Shown here: positions 40,500 to 54,330 of the stretch, piece after piece
How the letters are laid out: each line of letters starts with the position of its first letter
Position numbering within the stretch: the stretch's first letter is position 1
DNA from: Geosiphon pyriformis uo1
Taxonomy: Eukaryota > Fungi > Glomeromycota
Direction: 5' to 3'
Assembly: GCA_016748015.1 (NCBI GenBank)
Contig: JAAOMT010000543.1
Span: forward strand, 434,001-498,000
DNA: 64,000 nt
Program-made: the position numbers and the translations under genes
The notes under the pieces: model-generated
The model's input: the letters and a program-made list of their open reading frames with translations, nothing else
Databases searched by the model: none
Told to the model about the DNA's origin: nothing

Positions 40500-41454
40500 C
40501 TAAAATATGAAGCTTCAACTAAAGCAACTGGGAAGGATCTTGAATCATTGTATCCACCTAAGCCCAAGAAAGGGGGCGACGAAGAGATCATGGTAGGTTT
40601 CACACTAAAGACATTGTAACCTTTAACAAATTTCAACATTCTGGTCTTTGTTGCTGTCCTTGAGGCACAATCTCAGGAAAAGAATGGAGAAGACAAAATG
40701 GAGAGCTTTCATGAAAATTAGGAGCAAGGGTTGGCGGATGTTTTGATTTTCGATTGTCTACTTTTTTTCCTCTTAGACAAAGCAGCATGTGTATATTTCA
40801 GATCCATTGTTTGTATTACTTACGCAGGATATTATTCCTTATATCGTGGATGGAATTGATATCACTGTCTAGATCAAAAAATAAAAAAATGGTACAGAAC
40901 TATGGGAGTCAGTATCATTTGATTTATATAACTCCAAGATCTGGATATTTATTTTGCCAAATCTTCAGTTGCTAATGTTATTTTAATCCAGGGCTATTTT
41001 CTACGATATACTTGACCTTAACGAAAGGACATTTTCCACCTTCGATATGAAGAAAGCTGCAGTGTGAATATCTACAATGTAAATATTAACAATTGAATTG
41101 GGTATTTGGCTCAACATTCTAGATAATTAGGTATGTAGAGCTAAATTTTTGATCTTTAGAATACTTAAAACTCTGCTAATACTGTGCAAATATACTTTCT
41201 TAATGTCAAGTTAATCGAAAACATCGACGAGATACTCGCGAAGTTGATGGCGAGATCTTGCAGGTGCGTCTGCCGCTGAAAGATGATCTCAAGTCCATCC
41301 CTGCGGACGTGTGAGAACTTGTATGCTGTCCACTTCTTTTGAATCACAGATTTGTGCTTAGAAACAAGTATGCTAAATCTGGACTCGTACCCGACTGTAG
41401 TATTGATATCTGAACTCCCGATGATAAACTCAAAATACAGAAAGGCATGAAGTA
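40500..41454 (+). pseudogene. Decayed multi-exon gene of unknown family; its 3' part is duplicated in the left inverted arm
   Basis: Fragments such as YEASTKATGKDLESLYPPKPKKGGDEEIM followed by a GT donor, with stops and frameshifts; continues into the gap. Confidence 0.4.
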
Positions 41455-41972
41455 NNNNNNNNNNNNNNNNNNNNNNNNNNNNNNNNNNNNNNNNNNNNNN
41501 NNNNNNNNNNNNNNNNNNNNNNNNNNNNNNNNNNNNNNNNNNNNNNNNNNNNNNNNNNNNNNNNNNNNNNNNNNNNNNNNNNNNNNNNNNNNNNNNNNNN
41601 NNNNNNNNNNNNNNNNNNNNNNNNNNNNNNNNNNNNNNNNNNNNNNNNNNNNNNNNNNNNNNNNNNNNNNNNNNNNNNNNNNNNNNNNNNNNNNNNNNNN
41701 NNNNNNNNNNNNNNNNNNNNNNNNNNNNNNNNNNNNNNNNNNNNNNNNNNNNNNNNNNNNNNNNNNNNNNNNNNNNNNNNNNNNNNNNNNNNNNNNNNNN
41801 NNNNNNNNNNNNNNNNNNNNNNNNNNNNNNNNNNNNNNNNNNNNNNNNNNNNNNNNNNNNNNNNNNNNNNNNNNNNNNNNNNNNNNNNNNNNNNNNNNNN
41901 NNNNNNNNNNNNNNNNNNNNNNNNNNNNNNNNNNNNNNNNNNNNNNNNNNNNNNNNNNNNNNNNNNNNNNNN
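41455..41972. other. Assembly gap (N run)
   Basis: Run of N at the position equivalent to the left-arm gap. Confidence 1.
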
Positions 41973-43019
41973 TTTATTACGTAGTGAGCATTATTTAGAT
42001 TCAGCAGAACGCATGTACAGTGACTCACCAAAGTCATCATACCACTCGAGAAAATTAATAAACAGTTTTTTTAAAAAATAATTCATAGACCTGAAAGTGT
42101 GGTTGATATTGATTGATTTAATATATCTATTTTTATTTTTTATCTCAAATTACCGATATGATATCTGAATTTTAATAAATCACATATTAACAAATGTTTA
42201 TTCTATTCATTCGCGAATATGCGTGCAGATATGGTTACGATAAACGATTGTGTTATGCTTTTATTACGTTACCACCTTACTTTTAAACATTCATGAGTAG
42301 AAATGAGACAAACGATTTTCGTTCATTACGTTTAATTAAAGGTCGCGAGCATCCAGAGCTGTGTTTATCCTTAAAACTGCCAGTTTCATTTTTTAATTTT
42401 CTTATGCGTGTTACCTTAGATCGTGCTACACTTCATGAGAAGCAATTTTCGGGTAGAATATTCTTCAAGAAGGGTATAGAAATACGGGCCATAATAATTT
42501 CCAATTTCCGTATATTTATTTGAGGAAAAAATCTTCTTTTGAATTATTTGTATTAAGACAATCTGAAATGTCCAGTAAAACCGCGACCACCTTGTTGATT
42601 TTCTCGTTTGTTAATCGATGATCTAGCTTTTCTCGAATGGAATGATGACTTTCGTGCACTGTCTATCTAAAGTAAAACTTTCATATATTAAAGTTTCATA
42701 AAATCTTATATTAATTTAGATAATAACTAAGAAAAATAAATTTGTCATCTAGCGATCCTCGCTCTTTTCGATGGATTTTCTCAATGCATGAATATTGAAA
42801 GAAAGCTTAAATATAACTTCGATGCATTAGCCATTTAAGAGAGGTAAAGAGCAAAACTTCCCGGGTTTGAATATTAAACTTTTAACAATGAATATAATAT
42901 TATTACGAAGTGATTAGAAATCAATGAGTTTCTTATATGAAATCGCTAAAGATTTTTTAAATAGAAAGTGTGGCTTTTGGCTTTCCACACCAAATATTCA
43001 GATTAAGAGAGCTTCAAGA

Positions 43020-44078
43020 ATGCAAATTTTTCTTTTGCTTTTATGTTTCTTTCCTGTATTTCTCCTTTCAATTCCATTAAAAAATCAAATACCACCAGTA
43101 TCTTTTTTGTCGTTGAACCAAAATGGAATAAAAAACTTCACAGTAACCAGTAATGATGAGTTAAAAATTTATGCTGAAGAAGTGGGGGATCCAGAAAAAC
43201 CTACAATTGTTTTCTTGCATGGTTACATGGCAACACGTTTAGTTTGGGAACCACAATTTGCTTCAAAATCTTTGCGAGAGAAGTTTCATTTAGTACGATG
43301 GGATGATCGTGGGTGCGGCGCAAGTGAATCACCAAACAATATCACTAAATACAATAATGTTGATTTCTACGCGGATGACTTGAATGCTGTTATAGAAAAA
43401 GCAACTAGAGGCAATCGAAAAAAGAAAGTTATTCTAGTTGGATGGTCTCGCGGAAATCTTGTTGCATTATTATATTTGAAAAAGTATGGACAGGAAAAGT
43501 TAGCCGGCTTTGTATTTGTGGCTGGATCATTAGACATGGCAGGATTTTCATCGGCTGCTGTCGAATTAGTACCGATTACGTTTTCAGATGACTTAGTCAC
43601 AGCTGTAAATGCATTTAGCACCTTTATTGATGATTTTTCTGCCAGACCATTGGATCCGAGGATCAAGGCATTCTTTTTAGGTGGTGCTATTACCTCACCG
43701 CCAACTAATCATCAAGGATCTACAGGTATGCTAAAAAATTATTTTTACATAGTTTAAAAGATTATTATTATTTTTAACGATTAAACCTAATTCTTATATT
43801 GCTTCTGCTAAAATTAAGCTGCAATTTTTGGGTACGTTGAAAATGATGGCTATGTTAACGTATTTCGCAACATTACCGCCCCAATTCTGGCAATCTTCGG
43901 TGCCGATGACCGTTTAATTAATACGCCAGTCTCATCGGCAAAGGTACTCGCCACTAATTCGAGAGCCACCCAAATCACCTATCCCAATGCGGGTCATTTA
44001 CTTTTTTGGGACGTCTATGAAGATTTCAACCGTGGTATTGAGAAATTCGTAGAAAAGATAATTAAGGATGAAAATTAA
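43020..44078 (+). CDS. Secreted alpha/beta hydrolase copy C; exons 43020-43725 and 43819-44078, ~321 aa
   Basis: Signal-peptide-like start, FLHGY, GWSRG, GADD, NAGH; 93-bp GTATG..TAAG intron. The in-frame upstream ATG at 42924 is probably not used. Confidence 0.92.
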
Positions 44079-45267
44079 ATTATTAATAAATAAAATGTTG
44101 TATAGACTCTATCAGAATTAGAGTTTTAGGAAATGTAATCATTTATTTAACAGATAACTTTTATTATAAAATTTTCGAATATAATATTTAATTAATAAAT
44201 TTCCGATTAATATTTATATATCATAAATTTAAATTGCATTTTATTTTGTATCAAGAAAATCCGAAAATTTCAGTTAAGTGAAACGAGTGAAACAAATAAA
44301 AATAATTCGGGACTTGGGCTCTCATTTCGCTCAAAAAGGAAAAAAATCAAATACAATTAACCAGAACTTCAAAAACAAGGCCAGATTAAATTTTTTTGGA
44401 ATTAATGAACACTTATAGCTAGTAAGAATGTAAATGATTGTTTTCTGAAATTTGAAGTAATATGCATCACATCATTCAATAGCGATAATTGTGTTATTTA
44501 AAGGCTGAATTGAAACCTGATATTATTAAGCAAAAACCTTTCACATCTTTGATTTGCAAAACTAATGAATTTATTTTTAATCTAAATAGGGTTAATGCTG
44601 ACTAATGGTCATGTTGGATATCACTCTCCGTCCAGATTTCCTTTAAAAAAAAAACATTATGGTGATTAAAAAGCTTTTTTTTAATTAAAGGAATGCTGAA
44701 AACACTTGTGAAATTTTTTCATTCATATTTTATTGCAATAAAAATAAAATATTCCAAGTTTAAATATATAAATAGAAAAATTTACTTAAAGGTTTTTTAT
44801 TGAGATACATTTACGAATTTCTTTAAGATAATAACTAAAACTGTCCAATTTAGGCATATGTAACAATGCTTAATCGTTATTGCATTGCGACCTATATATT
44901 TTGATGGAATCCAGATCTAGAGGCTGCGGAGGAACTTTAAAAACTGGTGTTCATTTCTCTTTTTATATTGGCTTTTCCCTTTTTGATAGATTTTTTCAAT
45001 AGATATCTGTTAAAAAGGAAATTCAATGCAGGTTTAGCCATTTACAATGGGTGCAGATGACCAACTTTCGGGTTTTAATATTACCCTTTTAGCAATGAGC
45101 GATAATGTTGTCATCGAGCGCTTAAAGGTCAATGAGTTTCTGGTTCGGTGAAATTGCTAAAGATTTTTTCGATTTTCGAAAAATATAAAGTATAGCTTTT
45201 GGCTTTCCTCATCAAATATTCAAATTCAATCAATCAATATCATTAATACAACTTTAAGACTATTCTA

Positions 45268-46354
45268 ATGAGAGCTTCAAGAATGCAAATTTTTCTTTTG
45301 CTTTTATGTTTCTTTCCTGTATTTCTCCTTTCAAGTCCTTTGAAAAATGAAAAACAACAACTACCACTAGTATCTTTTTTGTCGTTGAATCAAGATGGAA
45401 TAAAAAACTTCACAGTAACCAGTAATGATGGGTTAAAAATATATGCTGAAGAAGTAGGAGATCCACAAAAACCTACAATTATTTTCTTGAATGGTTACTC
45501 AGGAACACGTTTAGGTTGGGAACCACAATTTGCTTCAAAATCTTTGCGAGAGAAGTTTCATTTAGTACGATGGGATGATCGTGGGTGCGGTGCAAGTGAA
45601 TCACCAAATAATATCGCCAAATACAATAAAACTGATTTCTATGCAGATGACTTGAATGCTGTTATAGAAAAAGCAACTGGAGGCAATCAAAAAAAGAAAG
45701 TCATTCTAATTGGATGGTCTCGCGGAAATCTTGTTGTCTTATTATATTTGAAAAAGTATGGACAGGAAAAGTTAGCTGGCTTTATATTTGTGGCTGGATT
45801 AATAGAAGTTGGAGAAATTTTACCGGCTGCTGCGGAATTAATACCAAGTACGCTTTCAGATGACTTGGTCACGGTCGTAAATGGAACTAGGCAATTTATT
45901 GATCTTTTTTCTGTCAAACCATTGGATCCGAGAATCAAGACATTCTTTTTAGGCGGTGCTATTACCTCACCGCCAACTAATCATCAAGGATCTACAGGTA
46001 TGCTAAAAAATTTATTTTAACATAGTTTAAAAGGTTATTATTATTTTTAACGATTAAACCTAATTCTGACATTGCTTCTTCGGCTAAAATTAAGCCGCAA
46101 TTTTTGGGTACGCTGAAAATGATGGCTATGTTAACGTATTTCGCAACATTACCGCCCCAATTCTGGCAATCTTCGGTGCCCATGACCGTTTAATTAATAC
46201 GCCAATTACATCGGCAAAGGTGCTCGCCACTAATTCGAGAGCTACCGTAATCATCTATCCCAATGCGGGTCATTTACTTTTTTGGGACGTCTATGAAGAT
46301 TTCAACCGTGATATTGGGGAATTTGCGGGAAAGATATTTAAGGATGGAAATTAA
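45268..46354 (+). CDS. Secreted alpha/beta hydrolase copy D; exons 45268-45997 and 46095-46354 (alternative start 45283)
   Basis: FLNGY, GWSRG, GAHD, NAGH; 97-bp intron at the shared position. Confidence 0.92.
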
Positions 46355-46646
46355 ATTAATAAAACGTTGTATAGACTCGATCAGAAATAGAAATTTAATC
46401 ATTTATTTTAAGTAAATAACTTGGATTATCTAAATTAATAAATTTCCGATTGAGATTAAAGTGAACATGTGATCACTCGAAAATTATTTAAACATGTATG
46501 CTGTTATTGACCTTCCTGTGATTTGGACCATTATCCGTATTTGGCTTTCTTTTCAACGTTTCGCACCTTCTAAATTATCCTGGTTATGAAGGTTAAATTT
46601 TTCGAAATGACAATTATATTTTCTACTGGTTTCGACAATAGCACTC

Positions 46647-48935
46647 ATGGAATATTTGGATAGTCGCACATCAGAGGAGTGGTCATACGAACAATTCTTG
46701 AGTCTTTATTGTAACACCATTTTGACCAAGCCGCCGTTCACTAGTCAGTGGTCTTCGCTAGAGGGAACTTGGCAGAATAGATTTCACAGGGCAATTAAGG
46801 ATCGAAATGGAGAAGTTAATTTTAAAAAAAGGTTGTTTTAAAGTTTTAGAGTATTCTAGCGGCAACGATGGCAACTCCCAATTACGACTACTTAGTTGGG
46901 AGCACTAAGTGACTACTTAGTCATTTTTGGTTGCGTTGGTACTAATATTCACGCATTCGAATTGGAATGAATTTTACTAAAATACGTTATTTTATTTCGA
47001 GATGGACCATGAAAATAACCGCCTATACTGAAAAAACTTGATTCTGGAGCGCATGGAGGTGAGTGTCAAGAATAAAAGGAAGCCTGCTTGGCATTTTCAA
47101 AGCAATAACACTGATAGCTAGCACTATCAAATTATAGATCGAAACGAAGTCGGGAATAGAAATGGAGGGCTTTCGTACCCTCGAGATTTCAGTGCAAGTA
47201 CAAGGGCAAAAGATTCGCAGAAAGGTAATCGTACAACAAGTTTTTACATGATAAATGGAGAATTTGTAAAATTGGCTATTTATATTATCAACATTGTTTA
47301 CAAAGATGGTCGATGAACACAATGATGCTGAAAGAAGTCCGAAAAAGCGTCTCTCAGAGGAACCCTCTAGGGCTGAAGAAGACAAGCCAAACGTACGATA
47401 TTTCATATTTAATCTAGCTCAAAAGGTTCGAGGGGAGATCGTTTTTATTTTACAAAACTAATTCAGTCTTTTGTTACGTAGTATTTGAAGGTCATTACCG
47501 GTGTCAAGGATATCCGAGAAAATGAGCAGGCCACCTGGACAAAGTAAGTTTCAACATTACTTTAGCATCAACTTTGAATTCATGTGGATTTTACATCCTG
47601 AAACATTTTTATTCTACTGTAGCCACTTTGGCTGGGTGTTTTAGATTTATGGGAGGAGATGGTTTTACCATGCCCCGACCTTCCCGTGCAAATGAATATC
47701 TTCACGAAAGAAGTTGAGAGGCTTCGTCAATTGGCGGACAGCATCATCAAACACGAATCCAATCTAAATCTGTCGGTTTCCTCTCTTTTGGATGCGCTTT
47801 CACTTGTAGACTAGGTCTTCAGGAGCTAGGTCAAGAAGTAGGGTCATTCGGGATCTCTGGACTCTGTAGTCTCCTTAAAAATTTGATTGAAAACGGCGAG
47901 GCGGATGAAGACCTTGACGGGGTTGATAAGAACACGCAAATTTCAGAACATTCATGTACGTGATAAAGACAGCATATTCCTTGGAAGATGTCTCGGAGAT
48001 ATGTGAGTACTGGTGGCTGTTTATCTGTGGTTCCTTATTTTAACTTATTAATGTTATGCTTTTAAGGATATTTGGGTTGGAGATTACGATGGTAGTACCG
48101 TGGACATGCTCGCCGGCCCTTTTGCACAGGTGCTCAAGGTTACTTTTAAATAGTAAGCATTTAAATTTTATCCTATCTACTCCAGGACAATGTATAATGT
48201 ACAAATCTAAATCAATACCCACGTTGAAGTGGTGAGAACCACTCACAAGCTGATCAGCAAGAAAAAGAATCTCGCCCAAAGTCAATACGAATGGGAAAAG
48301 CCTGTGACTACTTATTCATGGTAAGCTTTATTCGGTCTACAATCCTAGGTATACCTAATTCAATCTTCATCTATTAGTTTCAAGATAGAGAAAATGGTGT
48401 AGGAAAAAACACTGGCCCTAAGTATAAAGAACACTAAGACATAGCAGTGTCCGATTTCATCGACATAATCAAAGTTGCTCGCGCTCAACTTATTAGCTTC
48501 ACAAAGAGATGTGTTGAATTGAGTGGAAAGAATCCGCTGCCCAACATGGTGGTTGATCTTCTCAATCAAATCGCCATTCCTTTTTTTTCATGTTATTGGC
48601 ATGCGAGCACGTTTCTACCTCTTGATGCAAGTCTCTTGTGATATCTACACCATCTGAGAATGGGCATCTGAAAACCTTCCAACAAGAGATGGCTATTTGG
48701 AAAATTTCATCTTACTTTGTAACAGATTTCTTACGTACAGAGTATGTTTTCTTCTTTCAAATCAAGCTCTTGCTTTTATTTTTACTAATTAAAAGTTTAG
48801 CAGAACTTATTAAAACGTGCCGACAAGCTTGTTAATAAAGCATTTAAGAAGGCGAAACTTCTTCGGAATGCAGACAAATATTCAAATTCACATTAAACTG
48901 TTACATTACCACAAAACATCATTCCGAAAAAGTAA
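46647..48935 (+). pseudogene. Decayed multi-exon gene of an uncharacterised family, possibly with a C-terminal PD-(D/E)xK-like region
   Basis: Exon 1 MEYLDSRTSEEWSYEQFLSLY...NFKK. Later fragments IETKSGIEMEGFRTLEISVQ, IENGVGKNTGPKYKEH, SDFIDIIKVARAQL, VIGMRARFYLLMQ, NLLKRADKLVNKAFKKAK, with stops and frameshifts. The nuclease assignment is only a motif impression. Confidence 0.65.
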
Positions 48936-48974
48936 GAATGTGATTTATGTTGTTCTTTGCTTTTGCTGGTTGTT

Positions 48975-49325
48975 TTAATATCGACTTAAAAATTTCATGA
49001 AGAGGTCAATATCAAGTGGTAATAAATAGGACAAAGCATAACATCCCGAAAACAATGCTAATGGAAACAAACAGTGATATATTGGTTGTGCTGACTTACA
49101 TAATTTGAGGCTTTCAGATGGATTGTGTTTGTTTAATTCTAACATGAAATGTATAGCATTGTTAGGCTGCTTTACTTAATCTGTTGGTGCAGAGCCAAAG
49201 TTGTTTGCGAGCGACATTCTTGATACACAATAGCATTCACCACTTTCCCTCATTTTACTCAGAACAATTACTTGCTTCTGTAAAAAAAGTGTTGTGAAAA
49301 AAATATTTACATGACAGACATTGAG
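48975..49325 (-). pseudogene. Small spliced gene remnant convergent with the 46647-48935 pseudogene
   Basis: Exons 49138-49100 and 49057-48975 join in frame through GTAAGT..TAG to give LNKHNPSESLKLSLFSGCYALSYLLPLDIDLFMKFLSRY*. The upstream intron has CCTAAC..TTAG. The 42-nt intron is suspiciously short. Confidence 0.35.
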
Positions 49326-50685
49326 GAGTACAAGTAAGAAGGCAAAAAAAATAGTAGTAATTTGTATAGACTTTTATATAAATACTTGAAATTAGACAAC
49401 TTATGTTTTTTAAATCTTTATTAATGTTTGTTTAAAAGCTTTTCATAAGATATTTTTCTTGGTTCAAATATTTTTAATTTGAAAATATAAAAGGCAATTT
49501 TTTAGTTTTGCTTTTGTTTTAAAAGAGTGTAGTTTTTGGACTGCATAGTAAATTTAATAAATATTCAATTTATATACATTATTCTTATGTATAATAATAG
49601 ATTAATTTACTAAAAATTAAAATTAAAATTTTTTGAAATTAGAATGTGATTGCAGTTGTTCAATCAAAATATTTAAGTTTTTTAAGCCTTAGGTAAAAAT
49701 AAACGACTCATTTTTTTGATAATATAACTTAAATCTATAAATAAAAAAGGAAATTAATATTAGTTGATGTTTTAAAAACAAACCCCAAATTAATTAAAAA
49801 GTTATTTACTATTAAAATTGTAATTTAAAAATTCTTAACATAAAAAAATACTGTAGTAAGTTATTGATAAAAATATTATTTAACAAAATAAGACACAATT
49901 ATTATTTACAAATATAAACTTAATATATATTTTGTTTATATATAACTAATTATTTAATATATAAAAATATAATTATTATTATTAATATTTTTTATAAATT
50001 ATGTTAAAATTTATGTTTTATTTAGTTTAATAAAAAACATTAATTACATAATTTAATTATTATTAATTTAGTGTAATTTATCAAAATTTATATTGTTTTT
50101 ATTCTTAAAAATTAAATTATAAATATAATTTATATATTTTTAAAATACTTACATATTTATATCTTTGTAAAATTTAATTTTATCTTCTTATATGCTTTAT
50201 ATATTATATATATATTTTTTATAACTAATAATAATTGATTTAAAATTTCCAAAATTATAAATATTTACAAAATAAGTTTGTATCTGTTTTTAAACTAATT
50301 AAAATTTTTAAATATATTAATAATTTAGTTAATTATATATCTGATATGAATTTTTAAAAAACAAACCAATTTTTAATATTTATAACAGAATTTATTTTGA
50401 CAACTATAAAACAAACAACTAAATTTATTAAAAAGTCAATCTTTACAATTATATATTAAACTAAACCAAATAAATTATGTAAATTACATTCAGAAAAATT
50501 AATCAAAACTTATATACTTTATTAGTAAAACTATTAAAAAAATATAGTTGAATATTATTAAAAATATACCAATTTTATTATAAGATATTGTATTGGTAAA
50601 CTAATTAATAAATACTTTAAATATATCTTTTATATAAAGTATTAGTTTTAATAATTATTTTAATAAAAATTTCTTAAATTTAAAG

Positions 50686-50725
<40 letters not shown>

Positions 50726-51429
50726 GAATTAATATTAAAAAACCAAAAAATAAAACAAGTTTAACTATCAACTTAAGAAAACAAATTATTGATTTCAAAA
50801 ACTATATAACCAAAAAAAAATAATCAACTTGACTTTAAATATATTTTAAAAAACAATTGATAAAAAAAAAATTTTTAGCATTATTCTTATTACCAAACTA
50901 ATTAGCAAAAAAAAACAGCTTTAATAGTTTTAAATAAATTACATAACAATATATTTTTATAAACCAGGTAACTTACAAAAACACTTAAAACATTATTAAT
51001 TTTGCTAAAAATGAATTCAAAAAAACATTAGACAAAGTTACAACAGCAAAAACAAAAGTAAAACCAGATATAACAGAAGATTTTACAATTTTAAAAGTGA
51101 TAAAAAACACTTAACAAGCTTAATTTAAATAATAACATTTAAAAAAGTCTAACAAAGTTTTTAGTAACTAATTTTAAACTAATAAAATCATGTTAAAACT
51201 GAAAAAAGCTTTAACATGAACCAATTTAATCTTTACTATTTTACCAAGTATTAAAACAAAGACTATTTATCCAATTTTTTTTTGATAATTTCTGATTATT
51301 TTAAAGAAACAAAGGAAACAAAAAAGTTTTTATTTTTATTTTATCAGCTTAATTTTTAAAATCAGATTATTCAATAAGTTGATTAATTGAAATATGTATA
51401 GATAATTTGTTTTATAATTAGTGAAAATT

Positions 51430-54290
51430 TCCAATTTAATTAATTTCGGAACATGAATGATTTAAAGGGTTTTCGAATTTTCCATTGGTATTTTATTATC
51501 CCTTTAAATTTCTGAGATCGTTCTTTAATTCAATTGGGAATAATTAATCATCAAGTCAATAAATGAATTTTGAAAGTGGGAAGAATATAATAAAAATTGA
51601 AAATGTTAAAATATTGTAGGTCTGGACTAGGGAGCAAATTTATTGATTAACAACAAAAGTAAACAAAAGTTTTTAAATATGAGACATTTTAACCTAATAA
51701 ATATTTTCAAAGTATCAAAAAGTCACATTCTGAACTTAAATCTGGGACGTTATCAATAAAGAATCGTTTGTTGCTAGACTTTGTTTTATGTTGAAATATT
51801 GTACAATCGCATACATAAATAATTTCCAAAAGACACTGAAAAATAAACGAGGAAGTTTTTTTTAGCATGCTCATTCTTTTACAGGGTATTATTACATGAA
51901 TATTTGAGATTTAAAGTATCAAAAAAAGGTTTTAGTATAAAAGAACTTAACTTTGGAAGAAAAAAGGAAAATGATTTCTAATACAAACCTTTAGTATGAA
52001 ATAAATTTAGTAATCAAATGAAATTTGTTGTGGGATAATAATAAAAAATAATTGGACATATTATTATTGATTTCTTTTACTAGCATAAGCCAGAAAACAA
52101 AGCGGTATGATGATGCTTAGAAATTATATAAGTTTTAAAATTAAGTATATTGATTTCCTTCAACCTATTTAGTCTATCATTGAATAGCTATATCTCTATT
52201 TACAGTGTAGCTGCGCCACAAAGCACTAATTATCAATAATTCTTTATTTGAAAAAAATTGTGCCCTTTAATACTATGAGGAATATCAATTAATTAAAATT
52301 AGATAATTATGGTTAATCATGTGGTGATCAGGCTGGTCTTGAAAATAAAAGGACATTTGAATTATGATCTCTCTGAAAATATTATTAGCTGTCCCAGATT
52401 TTTCGGATTTTCTCTATCAACAAAGAGCGTGAGACTCATGATCTAGTTGACGCATTTATTAGAGTATATAATATAATCTTAATTTATTCTTATCTCAACA
52501 TGGGAAATTTTTACATTATATAATAGCTCTAGCACAAATTTTGAGAAAGGGTTTTTTAAGATAATAACTAAAACTGCCCAGCTTAGGTACATGTAATAAT
52601 GCTTGATTGTTATTGCATTGCAACCTATATTCTAATGGAACCCAAATCTAGAGGCTGCAGGGGATCTTTAAAAACTTGATGTTCATGTTCGAACTGAAAA
52701 AATGAATCAAAAGTACACAATGTGTCAATTTCTCTTTTGTTATCCGTCAAAAAGGATACTTAAATGGAAACTCGATGCAAGTTTAGCCATTACAGATGAA
52801 CTTTCCGGTGTGAATATTCTTTAACAATGAGCAGAATATCATCATCAAGTGCTACAAAATCAATGAGTTTCTGAAATAGCTGAAGATTTTTTCGTTTTCG
52901 AAATATATAAAATCTGGCTTTTGCCTTTCCTCATCAAATATTCAGATTAAAACAACCAACATCATTATTAATTTAACTGCAGAACGATTCTTATGAGAGC
53001 TTCAAGAATGCAAATTTTTCTTTTGATTCTATGTTTCTTTCCTGTATTTCTCCTTTCAAGTCCTTTGAAAAATGAAAAACAACTATTACCACAAGAATCT
53101 CTTTTGTCGTCGAATCAAAATGAAATAAAAAACTTCACAGTAACTAGTAATTATGGGTTAAAAATTTATGCTGAAGAAGTAGGGGATCCACAAAAACCTA
53201 CAATTGTTTTCTTGCATGGTTACATGGCAACACGTTTAGATTGGGAACCACAATTTACTTCAAAATATTTGCGAGAGAAGTTTCATTTAGTACGATGGGA
53301 TGAGCGTGGGTCTGGTGCAAGTGAATCACCAAACGATATCACTAAATACAATAATGTTGATTTCTACGCGGATGACTTGAATGCTCTTATAGAAAAAGCA
53401 ACTAGAGGCAATCGAAAAAAGAAAGTTATTCTAGTTGGATGGTCTCGCGGAAATCTTGTTGCATTATTATATTTGAAAAAGTATGGACAGGAAAAGTTAG
53501 CCGGCTTTGTATTTGTGGTTGGATCATTAGAAAGGGAAGAATTTTCATCGGCTGCTCTCGAATTAATACCGAGTACGCTTTCAGATGACTTGGTTACGGC
53601 TGTAAATGCGATCAGTAAACTTATTGATCTTTCTGCCAGACCATTGGATCCGAGGATCAAGGCATCCCTTTTAGGTGGTGTTATTACCTCACCACCAACT
53701 GCTCGTCAAGGATCTACACGTATGCCAAAATTTATTTTAACAGTTTAAAAAGGTCATCATTATTGAAATTGCTTCTCATATTCTTCTTTCTGCTGACATC
53801 AGCTGCATTTTTTAACTTTGGTGAAAATGATGGCTTTTTTAACGTATTTCACAACATCACCACCCCAATTCTGGCAATCTTCGGTTCCGATGACCGTATA
53901 ATTAATACGCCAGTCTCATCGGCAAAGGTGCTCGCCACTAATTCGAGAACTATCCTAATCATCTATCCCAATGCGAGTCATTCGCTTTCTTCGGAAGTCT
54001 ATGAAGATTTCAACCGTGATATTGGGAAATTTACGGAAAAGATATTTTGTAATGGAAATTAAGTTTATTAATCAATAAAATGTTATATGGAATCATAAAT
54101 TTAAATTGCATTTTATTTTCCCAAAACGAGTGAAATATTTGAAAAAGAAATAAAAACAATTTGGGATTTGAGCTTTCATTTTCCTTAAATGGAAAAAGTT
54201 AAAATATAATTATCCCAAACTTGAAAAATAAGGCCCGTTGGATTTCTATTTATGCACCAAAATATTTTAAATACGAAAGAGGAATGAATA
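51430..54290 (+). repeat. Tandem segmental duplication unit (upstream region + hydrolase + 3' flank); partner ~58325-61220
   Basis: Colinear blocks, for example 51431-51600 vs 58327-58500 and 52070-52180 vs 58710-58820. Confidence 0.85.
52993..54062 (+). CDS. Secreted alpha/beta hydrolase copy E; exons 52993-53719 and 53803-54062
   Basis: FLHGY, GWSRG, GSDD, NASH; 83-bp GTATG..CTGAC..CAG intron. Confidence 0.92.
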
Positions 54291-54330
54291 TTTATTTTGT
54301 TGAGATTTCTTTATATTATTTTATTATATA

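Larger units (their letters stand above)
41058..46580 (+). repeat. Right arm of the inverted segmental duplication
   Basis: See left arm; carries hydrolase copies C and D. Confidence 0.9.

Noticed and set aside
43020-44078. Strigolactone/karrikin receptor (D14/KAI2/RsbQ) homologs
   Set aside because: Same fold class only. The motifs (GWSRG, HGY) do not match the GHS/HGFG pattern of that family, so this is kept only as an assay suggestion.
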